Shown here: positions 18,901-28,974 of the stretch, one piece after another
How positions within the stretch are numbered: position 1 is the stretch's first letter
How the letters are laid out: every line of letters begins with the position of its first letter
Assembly (NCBI GenBank): GCA_002771135.1
Contig: PCXO01000005.1
Location: forward strand, 38,061-102,060
Direction: 5' to 3'
Length of the DNA: 64,000 bases
Source of the DNA: Candidatus Yanofskybacteria bacterium CG10_big_fil_rev_8_21_14_0_10_46_23
Lineage (GTDB): Bacteria; Patescibacteriota; Minisyncoccia; 2-02-FULL-40-12; IGHO2-12-FULL-4
The notes under the pieces: model-generated
The model's input: the letters and a program-made list of their open reading frames with translations, nothing else
Database searches by the model: none
Told to the model about the DNA's origin: nothing
Translations under genes and position numbers: made by a program

Positions 18901-19413
18901 ATGATCGATCTATATCACGGCAGTCCGGGCAAGATCGAAGGACCGCTAACACCAGTACTCCGGCATTCAACTTTGGATCATATTCACGACAAACCGGCGG
19001 TCTTTGCCACTGCGAGAATCGATTTGGCGAGCTTATTCATGTTTTCCTTTGACGATGTACTGGCCAGTATAGGTTTTGAGCAGGATATTGCTTATATTTG
19101 CATATGGGGAAGGCCAGAACAATTTCAGCCAAAGGACAGGGGCGGTTATATTTATGTCTTTTCCAGTGATAATTTCCAGAAAGTTGGGAAAGATTATGAG
19201 TGGCAAAGTTTCGAACCAACTCTTCCAAAGAAAATAAGAAGGCACGACTCGATTGTTGCGGGTGTGATAGATTGCTCGGCGCAGGCATATTTTATCGACG
19301 ATGATAAGATTATGGATGATGTCGTTAATAATAAAAACAATCGATCAGTAATTTTAAAAAACTTAGTATCCGAAAATCAGAAGATCAGCAAAAATATCAG
19401 GCAGTTTAGTTAA
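18901..19413 (+). CDS. hypothetical protein; possible ART-fold (LYHGS motif) protein
   Basis: ATG 18901 (MIDLYHGSPGKIEGPL...); AT-rich; the HG[ST] motif resembles H-Y-E ADP-ribosyltransferase / Tpt1-like folds, but the similarity is weak. Confidence 0.35.
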   Translation: MIDLYHGSPGKIEGPLTPVLRHSTLDHIHDKPAVFATARIDLASLFMFSFDDVLASIGFEQDIAYICIWGRPEQFQPKDRGGYIYVFSSDNFQKVGKDYEWQSFEPTLPKKIRRHDSIVAGVIDCSAQAYFIDDDKIMDDVVNNKNNRSVILKNLVSENQKISKNIRQFS

Positions 19414-19511
19414 CCTCAAAAAGATAGCCTCTAGATTATTTTCATTTTTAGTTTCTACAGGAATATAACCATTAATTCATCTTCGTTCAGGGAGGAGCAA
19501 AATCTAATTTT

Positions 19512-20042
19512 ATGAAAAATCTTAAAATATATTTAATAACCGGTGTGTGTGGCTCAGGGAAAACCAGCGTCATCAAGCCCCTTAATAAGTTATTGCCAAC
19601 TGGGAAATATGACATTCACGATCTTGATGAGAGAGGCGTTCCCAACAATGCTGGCAGAACTTGGAGATTCAACGAAACCCGATATTTTATTGACTTAGGC
19701 AACAAAAATCTAGAAAAAGGAATATCGACCATTATTTGTGGCTTTTCCCGGCCAAGCGAAGTGGCAGAGCTTATGCCGGGTCAGACAAATATTTCTTTTA
19801 TTCTTCTCGATGCCCAGCCGGAAACTATTAGAAAAAGAATTTTAGGCAGATATCCAACCAAGGAAAGCGAAGAAAAGTTTACCAAGCAGACGGGGGAGAC
19901 CATCTCAGAATTTATCGATAAAAATTGTAATTTCTTGCCTGTGCTAAGAAAAGAATGTCAGGAATATAAATGCGAGATAGTTGTCACGGATGATAAATCA
20001 AGTGAAGCTGTTGCGGGAGAGGTGGCTAAAGTTGTTGCTTAA
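19512..20042 (+). CDS. P-loop NTPase / kinase-like protein (hypothetical)
   Basis: Walker A YLITGVCGSGKTS at the N-terminus; 176 aa; AT-rich. Confidence 0.5.
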   Translation: MKNLKIYLITGVCGSGKTSVIKPLNKLLPTGKYDIHDLDERGVPNNAGRTWRFNETRYFIDLGNKNLEKGISTIICGFSRPSEVAELMPGQTNISFILLDAQPETIRKRILGRYPTKESEEKFTKQTGETISEFIDKNCNFLPVLRKECQEYKCEIVVTDDKSSEAVAGEVAKVVA

Positions 20043-20261
20043 TGGAAATCCAAATTCTTTGGCGGTACCCGCGTAGGCCTTTACAGAAAGGGTCGGCGAT
20101 GGTATTTTGTTGTTTGTTAGTTAAACAGAATCTTGAACTGGATTTTCAAATTTTGAAATTCATGAACCTTTGGCCCCAAATGACGAAACGCCGTGGCTCA
20201 GCGAAAAAGAATTTCCTCCATTGAACGGTTTCCGCTAGTGTCAAAACTCAATTTGCGAGCC

Positions 20262-20290
20262 GACTAACCCTCGGCTTTTTGTTTACTAAA
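20262..20290 (+). terminator. rho-independent terminator
   Basis: AGCCGA-CTAACCC-TCGGCT followed by TTTTTGTTT. Confidence 0.5.
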
Positions 20291-20375
20291 ATTTTAATAG
20301 ACAAAGATTGGACTAAATTCAAAAAGGATGAACTGTGTTACTATTGATGTAACAATATAGAAAATATTTTTTTCC

Positions 20376-20897
20376 ATGGACTTCCCCGAGGCTAGGGCAA
20401 TCTACTTAATTTTACATATAATCGGTTTGGCGATCGGCGCCGGCGGGGCTTTTTTAAGTGACGGAATATTCTTTCAATCGGCAAAAGATCGATCCTTTTC
20501 TAAAACAGAGGTGGGGTTCCTGAAGTTGGGCAGTCGTTTTATTTGGGTGGGTCTATTAATTCTTACTATAAGTGGCTTACTCCTTTTTTATATGAATCCA
20601 GATCGTTATTTGGCCTCAGATAAATTTTTGGCGAAGATGACTATAGTCGCGGTCATCGCCTTGAACGGTTTAATATTCCAGCGAGTTCACATAAAAAATA
20701 TTGAAAAAAATAAAGTTTCCGTTTCCTTGTTTATTAGTGGCGGGATATCGGCCGTATCTTGGCTCTCGGCAATAATTCTTGGCTCCCTCAGGTCCGTTTC
20801 CTATGACTATTGGACGATAATCGGTTTTTATCTGATCGTTTTGATTATTTCCGTCTTAGTTGGCCTCTGGATTAAAAAAACCGTGTTTCGTCTATAG
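20376..20897 (+). CDS. hypothetical membrane protein (4-5 TM)
   Basis: 173 aa with hydrophobic segments; no recognisable motif. Confidence 0.4.
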   Translation: MDFPEARAIYLILHIIGLAIGAGGAFLSDGIFFQSAKDRSFSKTEVGFLKLGSRFIWVGLLILTISGLLLFYMNPDRYLASDKFLAKMTIVAVIALNGLIFQRVHIKNIEKNKVSVSLFISGGISAVSWLSAIILGSLRSVSYDYWTIIGFYLIVLIISVLVGLWIKKTVFRL

Positions 20898-20909
20898 GTA
20901 AAAAATAAT

Positions 20910-21866
20910 ATGTGGAGCTTGGCCTTTTTTATCTTTGGCTTCGTCGCTCTCGTAAAGGGGTCGGATTTTTTAATTGATGGTAGCCGATCTATCGCCAAGC
21001 GTTTTAAAATATCCGATTGGATAATAGGGATAACAATTGTCGGGATCGGGACATCTATACCAGAGTTTAGTATCACGCTTCTCTCGGCCCTAAAAAACGA
21101 AGTTGACATTGGCTTGGGCACAATTATCGGCAGTAATACCTTCAATGCCTTATTTATTTTGGGGCTAGTGGCGCTGGTTTATCCGATAAGCGCAAAGCCG
21201 AGATGGATAAACCAAGATTTAACAATCAATATACTGGCCGTTATTATTACAGGGATCTTCATTTTATTTCCTATTTTTGGGGGTAATTTTTTTGAACTTT
21301 CCAGTGGTGAAGGGCGTCTCCTTTTAATTTTATTTCTTATGTGGATATTTCGAGAATTGTCCAAGAACGGGATAGACAAAGCTACTGATAAAAATGATCC
21401 GGCTTTAAAAATATTTTCTGTCCTAAGTTCTTTTCTTATGATCGGCGGGGGCCTTGCGGGGGTTCTTATTGGCGCCCAATGGGTAATTGATGGGGCCTTG
21501 ATAATAGCAAACTATCTGGGGACGAGTCAGGCCGTCATTGGGCTTACGATCGTTGGTATTGGCACGTCATTACCGGAGATCACGGTTTCCCTACGGGCTG
21601 CTCGCAGAAAAGATTTCGGAATATCTTTAGGCAATATAATCGGCTCTAATATTTTTGATTTTTTGGGCATATTGGGAATCGCCGCGTTATTCGGGGCAAT
21701 ATCTGTGCCCAAAGAGCTTTTTATTGATTTCGGGGTTACTCTAGGAGCTATGCTTATCTTAATGGCGATGATTCTCTCGGGCAAAAAGTATGTTTTACAA
21801 AGATGGCAGGGAGGCGTCATGGTTTTGGTATATCTTTCATATCTATTTTTTACATTTCAATTTTAG
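20910..21866 (+). CDS. Ca2+/cation antiporter, CaCA family (YrbG-like Na+/Ca2+ exchanger)
   Basis: Two alpha-repeats with GTSIPE / GTSLPE motifs (IVGIGTSIPEFSITL and TIVGIGTSLPEITVSL); 10 TM. Confidence 0.8.
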   Translation: MWSLAFFIFGFVALVKGSDFLIDGSRSIAKRFKISDWIIGITIVGIGTSIPEFSITLLSALKNEVDIGLGTIIGSNTFNALFILGLVALVYPISAKPRWINQDLTINILAVIITGIFILFPIFGGNFFELSSGEGRLLLILFLMWIFRELSKNGIDKATDKNDPALKIFSVLSSFLMIGGGLAGVLIGAQWVIDGALIIANYLGTSQAVIGLTIVGIGTSLPEITVSLRAARRKDFGISLGNIIGSNIFDFLGILGIAALFGAISVPKELFIDFGVTLGAMLILMAMILSGKKYVLQRWQGGVMVLVYLSYLFFTFQF

Positions 21867-21931
21867 ATACTTAATGGCGTTCCTTGCATTCCGCACGCTG
21901 TCTGTGATAATTAAAGGATAAAATCTTTCAA

Positions 21932-22483
21932 ATGTTTACCGCTGTCCAAGCTATCGATCTAAAATTATTTCATCTGCTCAATGGTCTTGCGGGCCAGTCT
22001 TTTTTTATGGATTGGCTTATTATATTTTTTGCTTCCCACTTGGAGTACGGGTTGGGGATTGCTTTCTTGGTTTTTGCTTGGCTCCACGGCGCTACTTTCA
22101 AACAAAGAATTTATGTCTTTGGGGTGACGGTGGTCTCCGTTATCGTTGCTAATTTTGGAATTACAAAAGTTATTCGCACTTTTTATCATCGCCCCCGACC
22201 GCTCGAGGCCTTGTCGATTACCCATCTGCTGACTCGGACGGATGCTTCTTTCCCATCAGGCCACGCCACGGTTTTTTTCGCCCTGGCGATGGCGATCTAT
22301 CTTCATAATCGAAAATGGGGGGTCTGGTTTTTCGTTGGGGCAATCTTAATTAGTCTGGGTCGAGTGACGGCGGGGATTCATTACCCCCTGGATATCTTAG
22401 GGGGAGCCGTTATCGGCATGGCCGTGGCCGCTTTTATTTTCCACCTTGCTAAAAGAAAAAAGTTGCTTTTAGTTAATTTTTAA
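21932..22483 (+). CDS. PAP2-family phosphatase (undecaprenyl-diphosphate / lipid phosphate phosphatase-like)
   Basis: KxxxxxxRP (RPRP), PSGH (SFPSGHATV) and SRxxxxxHxxxD (GRVTAGIHYPLD) motifs. Confidence 0.75.
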   Translation: MFTAVQAIDLKLFHLLNGLAGQSFFMDWLIIFFASHLEYGLGIAFLVFAWLHGATFKQRIYVFGVTVVSVIVANFGITKVIRTFYHRPRPLEALSITHLLTRTDASFPSGHATVFFALAMAIYLHNRKWGVWFFVGAILISLGRVTAGIHYPLDILGGAVIGMAVAAFIFHLAKRKKLLLVNF

Positions 22484-22573
22484 GGTATTATGAATTACCA
22501 CTAAATAGAGAAGGGCTCGCAAATTTGTCTTTTGGACAAGTCGCGTCATATTGGGCGGGCTTATTTTTTTGAT

Positions 22574-24373
22574 ATGGAAATTAGAAATATCGCCATTATT
22601 GCTCATGTTGACCACGGTAAAACCACGCTTACCGATGCTTTAATGCGCCAAACGGGGGCCAGTCAAGGCGATGTTTCAATGGATTCCAACGATTTAGAAC
22701 AGGAACGGGGGATTACAATTTACGCTAAAAACGCCTCTCTGGTCTATCCCGCCAGTGGCTCGGGACGAGAGTCGACAAAAATAAATATCGTTGATACTCC
22801 CGGCCACGCTGACTTTGGGAGTGAGGTTGAGCGAGTACTTCGTTCGATTGATTCGGTCTTGTTGGTGGTAGATGCTCAAGAAGGACCGATGCCCCAGACT
22901 CGCTTTGTTTTAAAAAAATCTTTAGAGCTGGGTCTAAAGCCAATGGTCGTCATTAATAAAATTGATAAACCGGCCGCTGATCCGGGCCGAGTCGAAGAGC
23001 AAGTTTTAGAGTTGTTTTGGGAGCTAGGGGCTACGGACGAACAATCTAACTTCCCGGTTATCTATGCTATCGGCCGAGATGGGATAGCGAAAAAGAAATT
23101 GACTGACGACTCGAAAGATTTAACCCCGCTCTTGGAGATGATCTTAGCGCATGTCCCGCCGGCTTCTTCTTCGGCGTTAACGCAGAAGCCCCTGCGAGCC
23201 CAGCCCTTCAATTTGGGTTACGATAATTTTTTGGGTCGCTTGGCGATCGTTCGAATTTACGAAGGAGTTATAAAGGTTGGCGATAAAGTTTATATAAAGA
23301 ACGCGGAGAAAGAGGACCGTCAGGCTCGCATTACAAAACTTTTTTCATTCAAGGGGCTTGAGCGTGTTGAAGTCGCTCAAGCTTCGACGGGTGACATTGT
23401 CTTAGTAGCCGGGCTAGAAGATATTGATATCGGCGAAACGATCAGTAGTGAAGAAGTTGCCGAACTATTGCCCCACATTGCGGTTGATGAGCCGACTATT
23501 GCTTTAAATTTCTTAGTTAACAATTCGCCCTTTGCCGGCCGAGAGGGTAAATTTGTGACCTCTCGACAAATTCGCGATCGCTTGAAGCGCGAGTTGGAAG
23601 TTAATGTTGGTCTAGATGTTGATTTTTCGCAAGCCGAGATATTTAAAGTCTCCGGGCGGGGAGAATTGCACGTAGCAATTTTACTCGAGAATCTTCGCCG
23701 AGAAGGTTTCGAACTCCAAGTTTCGCAACCCCAAGTTATTTTCCATGTTGATAAGCAGGGAAACAAATCGGAGCCATTCGAAGAAGTTGTTGTTGATACG
23801 CCCCAGATTTATCAAGGTACGATTATCGAACGTCTGGGCCAGCGAAAGATGTTTTTGAAAGATATCAAAACCCACAGCCAATCGGTTCGACTTATTTTTG
23901 AAGGACCGACCCGAGGCCTTTTCGGTTATCACAGCCAATTTGTTCTCGACACCAAAGGCGAAGGAATTATCGCCTCGCGATTCATTGAATTTCGACCCTT
24001 TGCCGGCGAGATTCAAAAAAGGATTGAGGGCTCGATGATCTCCATGATTGGGGGGAAAGCTCTGGGTTTCGCTTTGGATAATCTCCAAGATCGAGGCACC
24101 CTTTATATCAAGCCGGGGGTGGAAGTCTATGAAGGCATGGTCATCGGCAACACGGCTAAGGGTGAGGAAATGTATGTTAATCCGACAAAAGGTAAGCAAT
24201 TAACCAACATGCGGGCCTCCGGTTCCGATGAGGCCATTAATTTGACACCGCCTTTTGAACTAACGATTGAGCATGGACTGGAGGTTATGAGCGAAGACGA
24301 GTATTTGGAAATTACTCCAAAGTCAGTCCGACTTCGAAAACAGACTTTAGCTAAAAATATGCGCAACAAATAA
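22574..24373 (+). CDS. typA: translational GTPase TypA/BipA
   Basis: IAIIAHVDHGKTTLTDALMRQTG G1 motif, DTPGHADF, NKIDK; EF-G-like multi-domain of about 600 aa. Confidence 0.9.
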   Translation: MEIRNIAIIAHVDHGKTTLTDALMRQTGASQGDVSMDSNDLEQERGITIYAKNASLVYPASGSGRESTKINIVDTPGHADFGSEVERVLRSIDSVLLVVDAQEGPMPQTRFVLKKSLELGLKPMVVINKIDKPAADPGRVEEQVLELFWELGATDEQSNFPVIYAIGRDGIAKKKLTDDSKDLTPLLEMILAHVPPASSSALTQKPLRAQPFNLGYDNFLGRLAIVRIYEGVIKVGDKVYIKNAEKEDRQARITKLFSFKGLERVEVAQASTGDIVLVAGLEDIDIGETISSEEVAELLPHIAVDEPTIALNFLVNNSPFAGREGKFVTSRQIRDRLKRELEVNVGLDVDFSQAEIFKVSGRGELHVAILLENLRREGFELQVSQPQVIFHVDKQGNKSEPFEEVVVDTPQIYQGTIIERLGQRKMFLKDIKTHSQSVRLIFEGPTRGLFGYHSQFVLDTKGEGIIASRFIEFRPFAGEIQKRIEGSMISMIGGKALGFALDNLQDRGTLYIKPGVEVYEGMVIGNTAKGEEMYVNPTKGKQLTNMRASGSDEAINLTPPFELTIEHGLEVMSEDEYLEITPKSVRLRKQTLAKNMRNK

Positions 24374-24383
24374 GTTTAATTTT

Positions 24384-25577
24384 ATGTATCAAAAAAGATT
24401 TTCCGGTAAGCGATCTCGAAGTATTTATCCCAAACGGGCTAGCTTCCGTTATCCAAAACAGACCAAGAAAAGCGTCTCAATCGATCCGACTCGATTTGTC
24501 CATAAAGCAATAGTTACTCAAGAAAGTGACAATTTTATCCCCGAACATCGTTTTGAGGATTTAGTGATCTCACCGATTTTAAAACGTAATGTGGGGGCAA
24601 AGGGCTATAAGGTCCCCACTCCGATCCAAGATCGAACTATCCCGCATGTTTTACGGGGGCAAGATGTGGTGGGAATTGCCAATACGGGGACGGGGAAGAC
24701 GGCGGCGTTTCTTCTGCCCCTGATTGATAAAATTCTCATAAATCCGACCGAGAAGGTTTTAATCATTGTTCCGACTCGAGAGTTAGCGCTTCAAATTGAA
24801 AAAGAACTGCGGGATTTAATTCGAGGGTTAAACTTATGTCCAGTTTGTGTTGTCGGTGGTGCGGCTATCGGAGCCCAACTTAAAGCCTTGCGAACGAAAA
24901 ATCATTTTATCATTGGCACTCCCGGTCGACTCAGGGATTTAATAAAACGGGGGAATATCAAGCTAATTCAATTTTCGACGCTGGTTTTAGACGAAGCCGA
25001 TCGGATGTTGGATATGGGCTTTATTGAAGACATGCGCTTTGTCGCCAAAGGGATGCCTTCGGCCCGACACACTTTATTTTTCTCGGCCACAATTTCTCGC
25101 GAGATTGAGAGTCTGATTAATGAGTTTTTGAAACAACCCGTTCGAATCTCCGTTAAAACCGGCGAGACGGCTAAAAATGTCGAGCAGGATGTTGTTAAGG
25201 TAGGCTCCGGAAAGAATAAGGTCGATGTTCTCCACGACCTTTTGAATCAAAAAGAATTTCGAAAAGTTCTTGTTTTCGGCCGGACCAAACATGGCGTAGA
25301 AAAACTTTACCGACTTTTAATTGATCGCGGTTTTAAAGCGGAATCAATTCATGGCAATAAGAGCCACTCTCAGCGTCAGCGCGCCCTAAAAAGATTTAAA
25401 GAAAACAGTGTCCAAATTTTAGTCGCGACGGACGTCGCCGCTCGAGGTTTGGATATTGACGACGTCTCTCACGTTTTAAACTACGATTTACCGACAACCT
25501 ATGATGACTATGTCCATCGAATCGGCCGAACCGGCCGAGGCTCAAAACTGGGCAAAGCCCTCACCTTCATCGACTAG
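24384..25577 (+). CDS. DEAD-box ATP-dependent RNA helicase with a basic N-terminal extension
   Basis: Q-motif (GYKVPTPIQ), motif I (ANTGTGKTAAF), motif II (DEAD in LVLDEADRML), SAT, HRIGRTGR. Confidence 0.85.
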   Translation: MYQKRFSGKRSRSIYPKRASFRYPKQTKKSVSIDPTRFVHKAIVTQESDNFIPEHRFEDLVISPILKRNVGAKGYKVPTPIQDRTIPHVLRGQDVVGIANTGTGKTAAFLLPLIDKILINPTEKVLIIVPTRELALQIEKELRDLIRGLNLCPVCVVGGAAIGAQLKALRTKNHFIIGTPGRLRDLIKRGNIKLIQFSTLVLDEADRMLDMGFIEDMRFVAKGMPSARHTLFFSATISREIESLINEFLKQPVRISVKTGETAKNVEQDVVKVGSGKNKVDVLHDLLNQKEFRKVLVFGRTKHGVEKLYRLLIDRGFKAESIHGNKSHSQRQRALKRFKENSVQILVATDVAARGLDIDDVSHVLNYDLPTTYDDYVHRIGRTGRGSKLGKALTFID

Positions 25578-25603
25578 GCGGGTTCTCCCGAGGAAGGGTT
25601 AAT

Positions 25604-25632
25604 TTGACCTTAATCAGATTCTACTATATAAT
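25604..25632 (+). promoter_or_regulatory. sigma70-like promoter (TTGACC - 17 nt - TATAAT)
   Basis: Near-consensus -35 and -10 boxes with 17-nt spacing about 70 nt upstream of the ABC transporter ATG; then an AAGGAGGAGG RBS. Confidence 0.45.
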
Positions 25633-25699
25633 ATTAATTCGCAAATTGCTCGTTAACATAATAGTTTAAGGTCGTCCTAATAAGGAGGAGGTTGAAAGA

Positions 25700-26542
25700 A
25701 TGAAAACTAGGGAGCTGGTTCGAAAGGTCTACGAGACCTACTATGCTTTTCGGTGGGCCGTGTTGGGAGTTTTTGGCTTTATCACGGTAAGCCAAATTTT
25801 AAATCTTATTTCGCCCTATCTGCGGGGTAAAGTCGTCGACGGCTTCGTCAACAAGATACCGATCGGTGAGATTTACGCCATCATCGGCTTGGCCATTTTG
25901 GCCAACTTTACTCAGGTTGTTCTAGTGCGGTATTTTCGAGAAGTCTATGAATCTCATTACATTGACTTCTCGGTTCGCCGACACATTAGTCGAAGAATGA
26001 TTGGGAGACTGCTCCAGTTTTCGATTAGTCAACACGCTAACGAAAACTCGGGCGTGAAGATGGAGGTTATCAAGAAAGGGGAGCATGCCTTGACGGCTTT
26101 GGCTTTCCAAATCCTCTATCGGATTATTCCGACCATCGTGGAGGTAGCCTTTCTGACGAGCGTCTTATTTTATTTTAGCCCATTTTTAGGGGCCCTGGCC
26201 CTTGGGGGCGTTGTTGCCTACGTCCTCTTTGTCGTTTTTGTGAACACCCACTTTCGGGGTGATTACGAACGGATTGAGGGCCTCTACAATGACAGCTCAA
26301 AATTTCAAGGAGAAGTCTTGCGAAATATCGAGTCGGTCATCGCCAACGCCCAGGAAGCGCGGATTGCCCGCGAGGCCGATATCAACTTTGGTCGGGCTCT
26401 CGGGGTTCATCAAGAGATGACGATTCGATTCGATCGTTTCGCCCTAATCCGAAATTCGATCATTGTTCTTTTCGGAGGCGGATTTCTCGGAATTGGGGCA
26501 CCTTGGTCAATCAGGGCGTCCATACTCTTGGAGAGTTGGTAA
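25700..26542 (+). CDS. ABC exporter, transmembrane domain portion (type I exporter fold); frame-interrupted relative to the downstream NBD
   Basis: Six TM helices with ABC_membrane-type spacing; ends in ...VLFGGGFLGIGAPW, then a frame change. Confidence 0.65.
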   Translation: MKTRELVRKVYETYYAFRWAVLGVFGFITVSQILNLISPYLRGKVVDGFVNKIPIGEIYAIIGLAILANFTQVVLVRYFREVYESHYIDFSVRRHISRRMIGRLLQFSISQHANENSGVKMEVIKKGEHALTALAFQILYRIIPTIVEVAFLTSVLFYFSPFLGALALGGVVAYVLFVVFVNTHFRGDYERIEGLYNDSSKFQGEVLRNIESVIANAQEARIAREADINFGRALGVHQEMTIRFDRFALIRNSIIVLFGGGFLGIGAPWSIRASILLESW

Positions 26543-27462
26543 TGCTCTTGTCTTGGGCCGGCCAGATTTCCACTCGAATTTCCGGAGTTGGCTCAATTCA
26601 TCGTCAGATGGTTGAAATGATGGCCTCGGTTCGAAAATACTTCCAAATGCTCGCCATCGAGCCGGAAGTGCGGGAGCCTCAAAATCCGATCCGGCCCTTG
26701 AGATTTCGGGGCAATATCGAGTTCCGAAATATTCATTTCTCCTATCGAAATCGGTCTGGGGGTGATCGAGTTGAACTTTCAAACTTAGCCTTGCAGGATG
26801 TCAGTTTCTCGATAAAATCTGGCGAGCGGGTCGCCTTTGTTGGCGAATCGGGCGCCGGAAAGAGCACCATCGTTCTTGCTCTTTTGCGCGGCCAAGACCC
26901 CGATCAGGGGCGAATTTTGATCGATAATAACGACTTGCGGTCTCTCGATCTCAAGCGTTTTCGCGGAGCTATCGGGCTCGTCGAACAATCGGTCTTTCTT
27001 TTCGACAACACCCTCCGGTATAACCTTACCTTTGGGTTGGATGGTCGATCTGTCCAAGACGAGGAGCTAGATCGCGTGGCCAAAATGGCCTGTATTGATC
27101 GATTTTTCCCCAAGCTAGAGCGGGGTTATGACACACTTATCGGGGAAAGGGGCATTCGGCTTTCTGGCGGGGAACGCCAGCGGGTCGGGATCGCCCGAGC
27201 CTTAATGAAGAATCCGGATTTCCTCATCTTTGATGAGGCCACGAGTAATCTGGATCCCGTTAATGAGGGGCTCATTCGGGAGGCCATTCAAACCGCTTCC
27301 CAAGGTCGAACAACAATCATTATCGCGCATCGTTTCAGCACGATTCGAGGCGTCGATCGGGTGATTGTTTTTGATCAAGGCCAGGTCGCCGGTCAAGGGA
27401 CACATGAAGAACTGGTTCAGTCATGTGAGCCCTACCAGCGCTTAGTCGAGAGCCAATTATAG
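26503..27462 (+). CDS. ABC exporter, ATP-binding domain portion (continues the upstream TMD after a frame shift)
   Basis: Walker A GESGAGKST, signature LSGGERQRVGIARAL, Walker B IFDEATSNLD, H-loop IIAHR; the 5' part ...QGVHTLGELVMLL is the TM6 continuation. Confidence 0.75.
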   Translation: MVNQGVHTLGELVMLLSWAGQISTRISGVGSIHRQMVEMMASVRKYFQMLAIEPEVREPQNPIRPLRFRGNIEFRNIHFSYRNRSGGDRVELSNLALQDVSFSIKSGERVAFVGESGAGKSTIVLALLRGQDPDQGRILIDNNDLRSLDLKRFRGAIGLVEQSVFLFDNTLRYNLTFGLDGRSVQDEELDRVAKMACIDRFFPKLERGYDTLIGERGIRLSGGERQRVGIARALMKNPDFLIFDEATSNLDPVNEGLIREAIQTASQGRTTIIIAHRFSTIRGVDRVIVFDQGQVAGQGTHEELVQSCEPYQRLVESQL

Positions 27463-27617
27463 AAAGTCCCAAAGAGCCGATCGGGCTCTTTTTTGTTCCG
27501 ATTCTATGTTGGCAACCTATCCTTTATTTTGTAAGATAGGGCAGTTATCTTCATTGGATCTAGTTCTGGCTGTTCCAATCACTACGGCCATTGCCGTGAT
27601 CTTGGGGAAATTAAGAT

Positions 27618-27866
27618 ATGCTCGATAAGTTAAAACAATTAAAACAGATCCGCGATCTCCAAAAAGAGATCGGTAAAGAATCGATTGAAATTCAACGCCA
27701 AGGCATAAAAGTAACAATCGGAGGCGATATGAAAGTTTTAGATTTAAGCCTAAATCCTCAGCTCTCCAATACCGATAATGGCCGAATCGCTCAAGATTTA
27801 ATTAATGAAGGGCTTGATAAAATCCAAAGGAAAATCGCGGGGCTAATGGGTAACTTTAATTTTTAA
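27618..27866 (+). CDS. YbaB/EbfC-family nucleoid-associated DNA-binding protein (short)
   Basis: KVTIGGDMKVLDLSLNPQL...DLINEGLDKI pattern matches YbaB; 82 aa. Confidence 0.55.
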   Translation: MLDKLKQLKQIRDLQKEIGKESIEIQRQGIKVTIGGDMKVLDLSLNPQLSNTDNGRIAQDLINEGLDKIQRKIAGLMGNFNF

Positions 27867-27868
27867 TT

Positions 27869-28933
27869 ATGCGCCAACGTCTAATAATTTTTGGCACTAT
27901 AATTTTAGTTAGTCTGGTAATTTATTTTGGTTTTTTCAGAGAGTCGCGTGACGAAACCATCAATGAGATTACTTCGGCTGAAAACTACTTTATTAGCGAA
28001 GTTCAAAAAGGCGTTGTTGCCGAGCTCGGCCAACCCTTTGAAGGTTTCGAGTCGGCGATGTTTTTAGCGGTCTATCCCGGCTTAGTCGCCGATGATTTTA
28101 ATAATGTTGAAATCTATGGCGACTTAAACAATTTTTTTGTCTCCAGCTCGGCTGATAACTCGATCACGCCCATCGGAATGATAACTTTTTTGAATAATGT
28201 CGCCGGAAGATTGAACTTGGCGAAAGAGACGGAGTCGGACATTGATTTTATTTTAGATTTTATTAAGAGAACCCCGGGTCCCAGTCCCAATCCGATAACC
28301 ACCCCTACGCCGATTTTTAGCCCGGCCATAACCTCGACCCCTCGAGCAACAATAATCAAACAATCCGTCCCCTTCACCGCCCAAGCCCCATTTGGGGATT
28401 GGGCCGATCAACGTCAACAAGATGCGTGTGAGGAGGCCTCCGCCTTGATGGCGGTCTACTGGGCCAGAGGAATCACCGCCCTAACCCCGCAGAAAGCCCT
28501 AGGGGAGATTATTACGGCTTCTGATTGGCAAGAGGCTCAATATGGCACTTATAATGACACCTCGGCCCAAGATACCGTTTCAAGGATAATAATGCGCTAT
28601 TTTCAATATGCTGAAGCTCGGGTTGAATTGCCTAACTCGCCTCAAGACATCCTGGCCGAAATAGAGGCTGGGAGCCTAGTTCTTGTTCCGGCTGTTGGCC
28701 AGCTCTTAGGCAACCCCTATTTTACGCCCCCCGGCCCGGAGCGCCACATGTTAGTCATTATTGGCTACGACTATGAAACTAAAGAATTTATCACCAATGA
28801 TCCCGGAACAAAGCGGGGGAAAGATTATCGTTACAATCAAAATGTTTTATTCGAGGCGATTCGCGACTATCCCACCGGTAATCACCGCCCCAGCACGGAG
28901 AATCAAAAGAGGATGATCATTATCTCTAAATAA
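27869..28933 (+). CDS. membrane-anchored C39-like (papain-fold) peptidase domain protein with a Pro/Thr-rich linker
   Basis: N-terminal TM; low-complexity PGPSPNPITTPTPIFSPAITSTP linker; C-terminal domain with candidate catalytic Cys (QQDACEEASALMAV) and His (HMLVIIGYDYE...TNDPG), typical of Peptidase_C39_2. Confidence 0.5.
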   Translation: MRQRLIIFGTIILVSLVIYFGFFRESRDETINEITSAENYFISEVQKGVVAELGQPFEGFESAMFLAVYPGLVADDFNNVEIYGDLNNFFVSSSADNSITPIGMITFLNNVAGRLNLAKETESDIDFILDFIKRTPGPSPNPITTPTPIFSPAITSTPRATIIKQSVPFTAQAPFGDWADQRQQDACEEASALMAVYWARGITALTPQKALGEIITASDWQEAQYGTYNDTSAQDTVSRIIMRYFQYAEARVELPNSPQDILAEIEAGSLVLVPAVGQLLGNPYFTPPGPERHMLVIIGYDYETKEFITNDPGTKRGKDYRYNQNVLFEAIRDYPTGNHRPSTENQKRMIIISK

Positions 28934-28974
28934 GGTCTTTATTTTTGGCTTAATTCTGTTAGGATAGCCTCATT

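Noticed and set aside
20042-20224. 60-aa ORF after the P-loop kinase gene; also 30115..30357 and 30599..30787 small ORFs around the MsrA terminator.
   Set aside because: They have no RBS and low-complexity or atypical composition. They overlap terminator hairpins or neighbouring genes and are likely non-coding.
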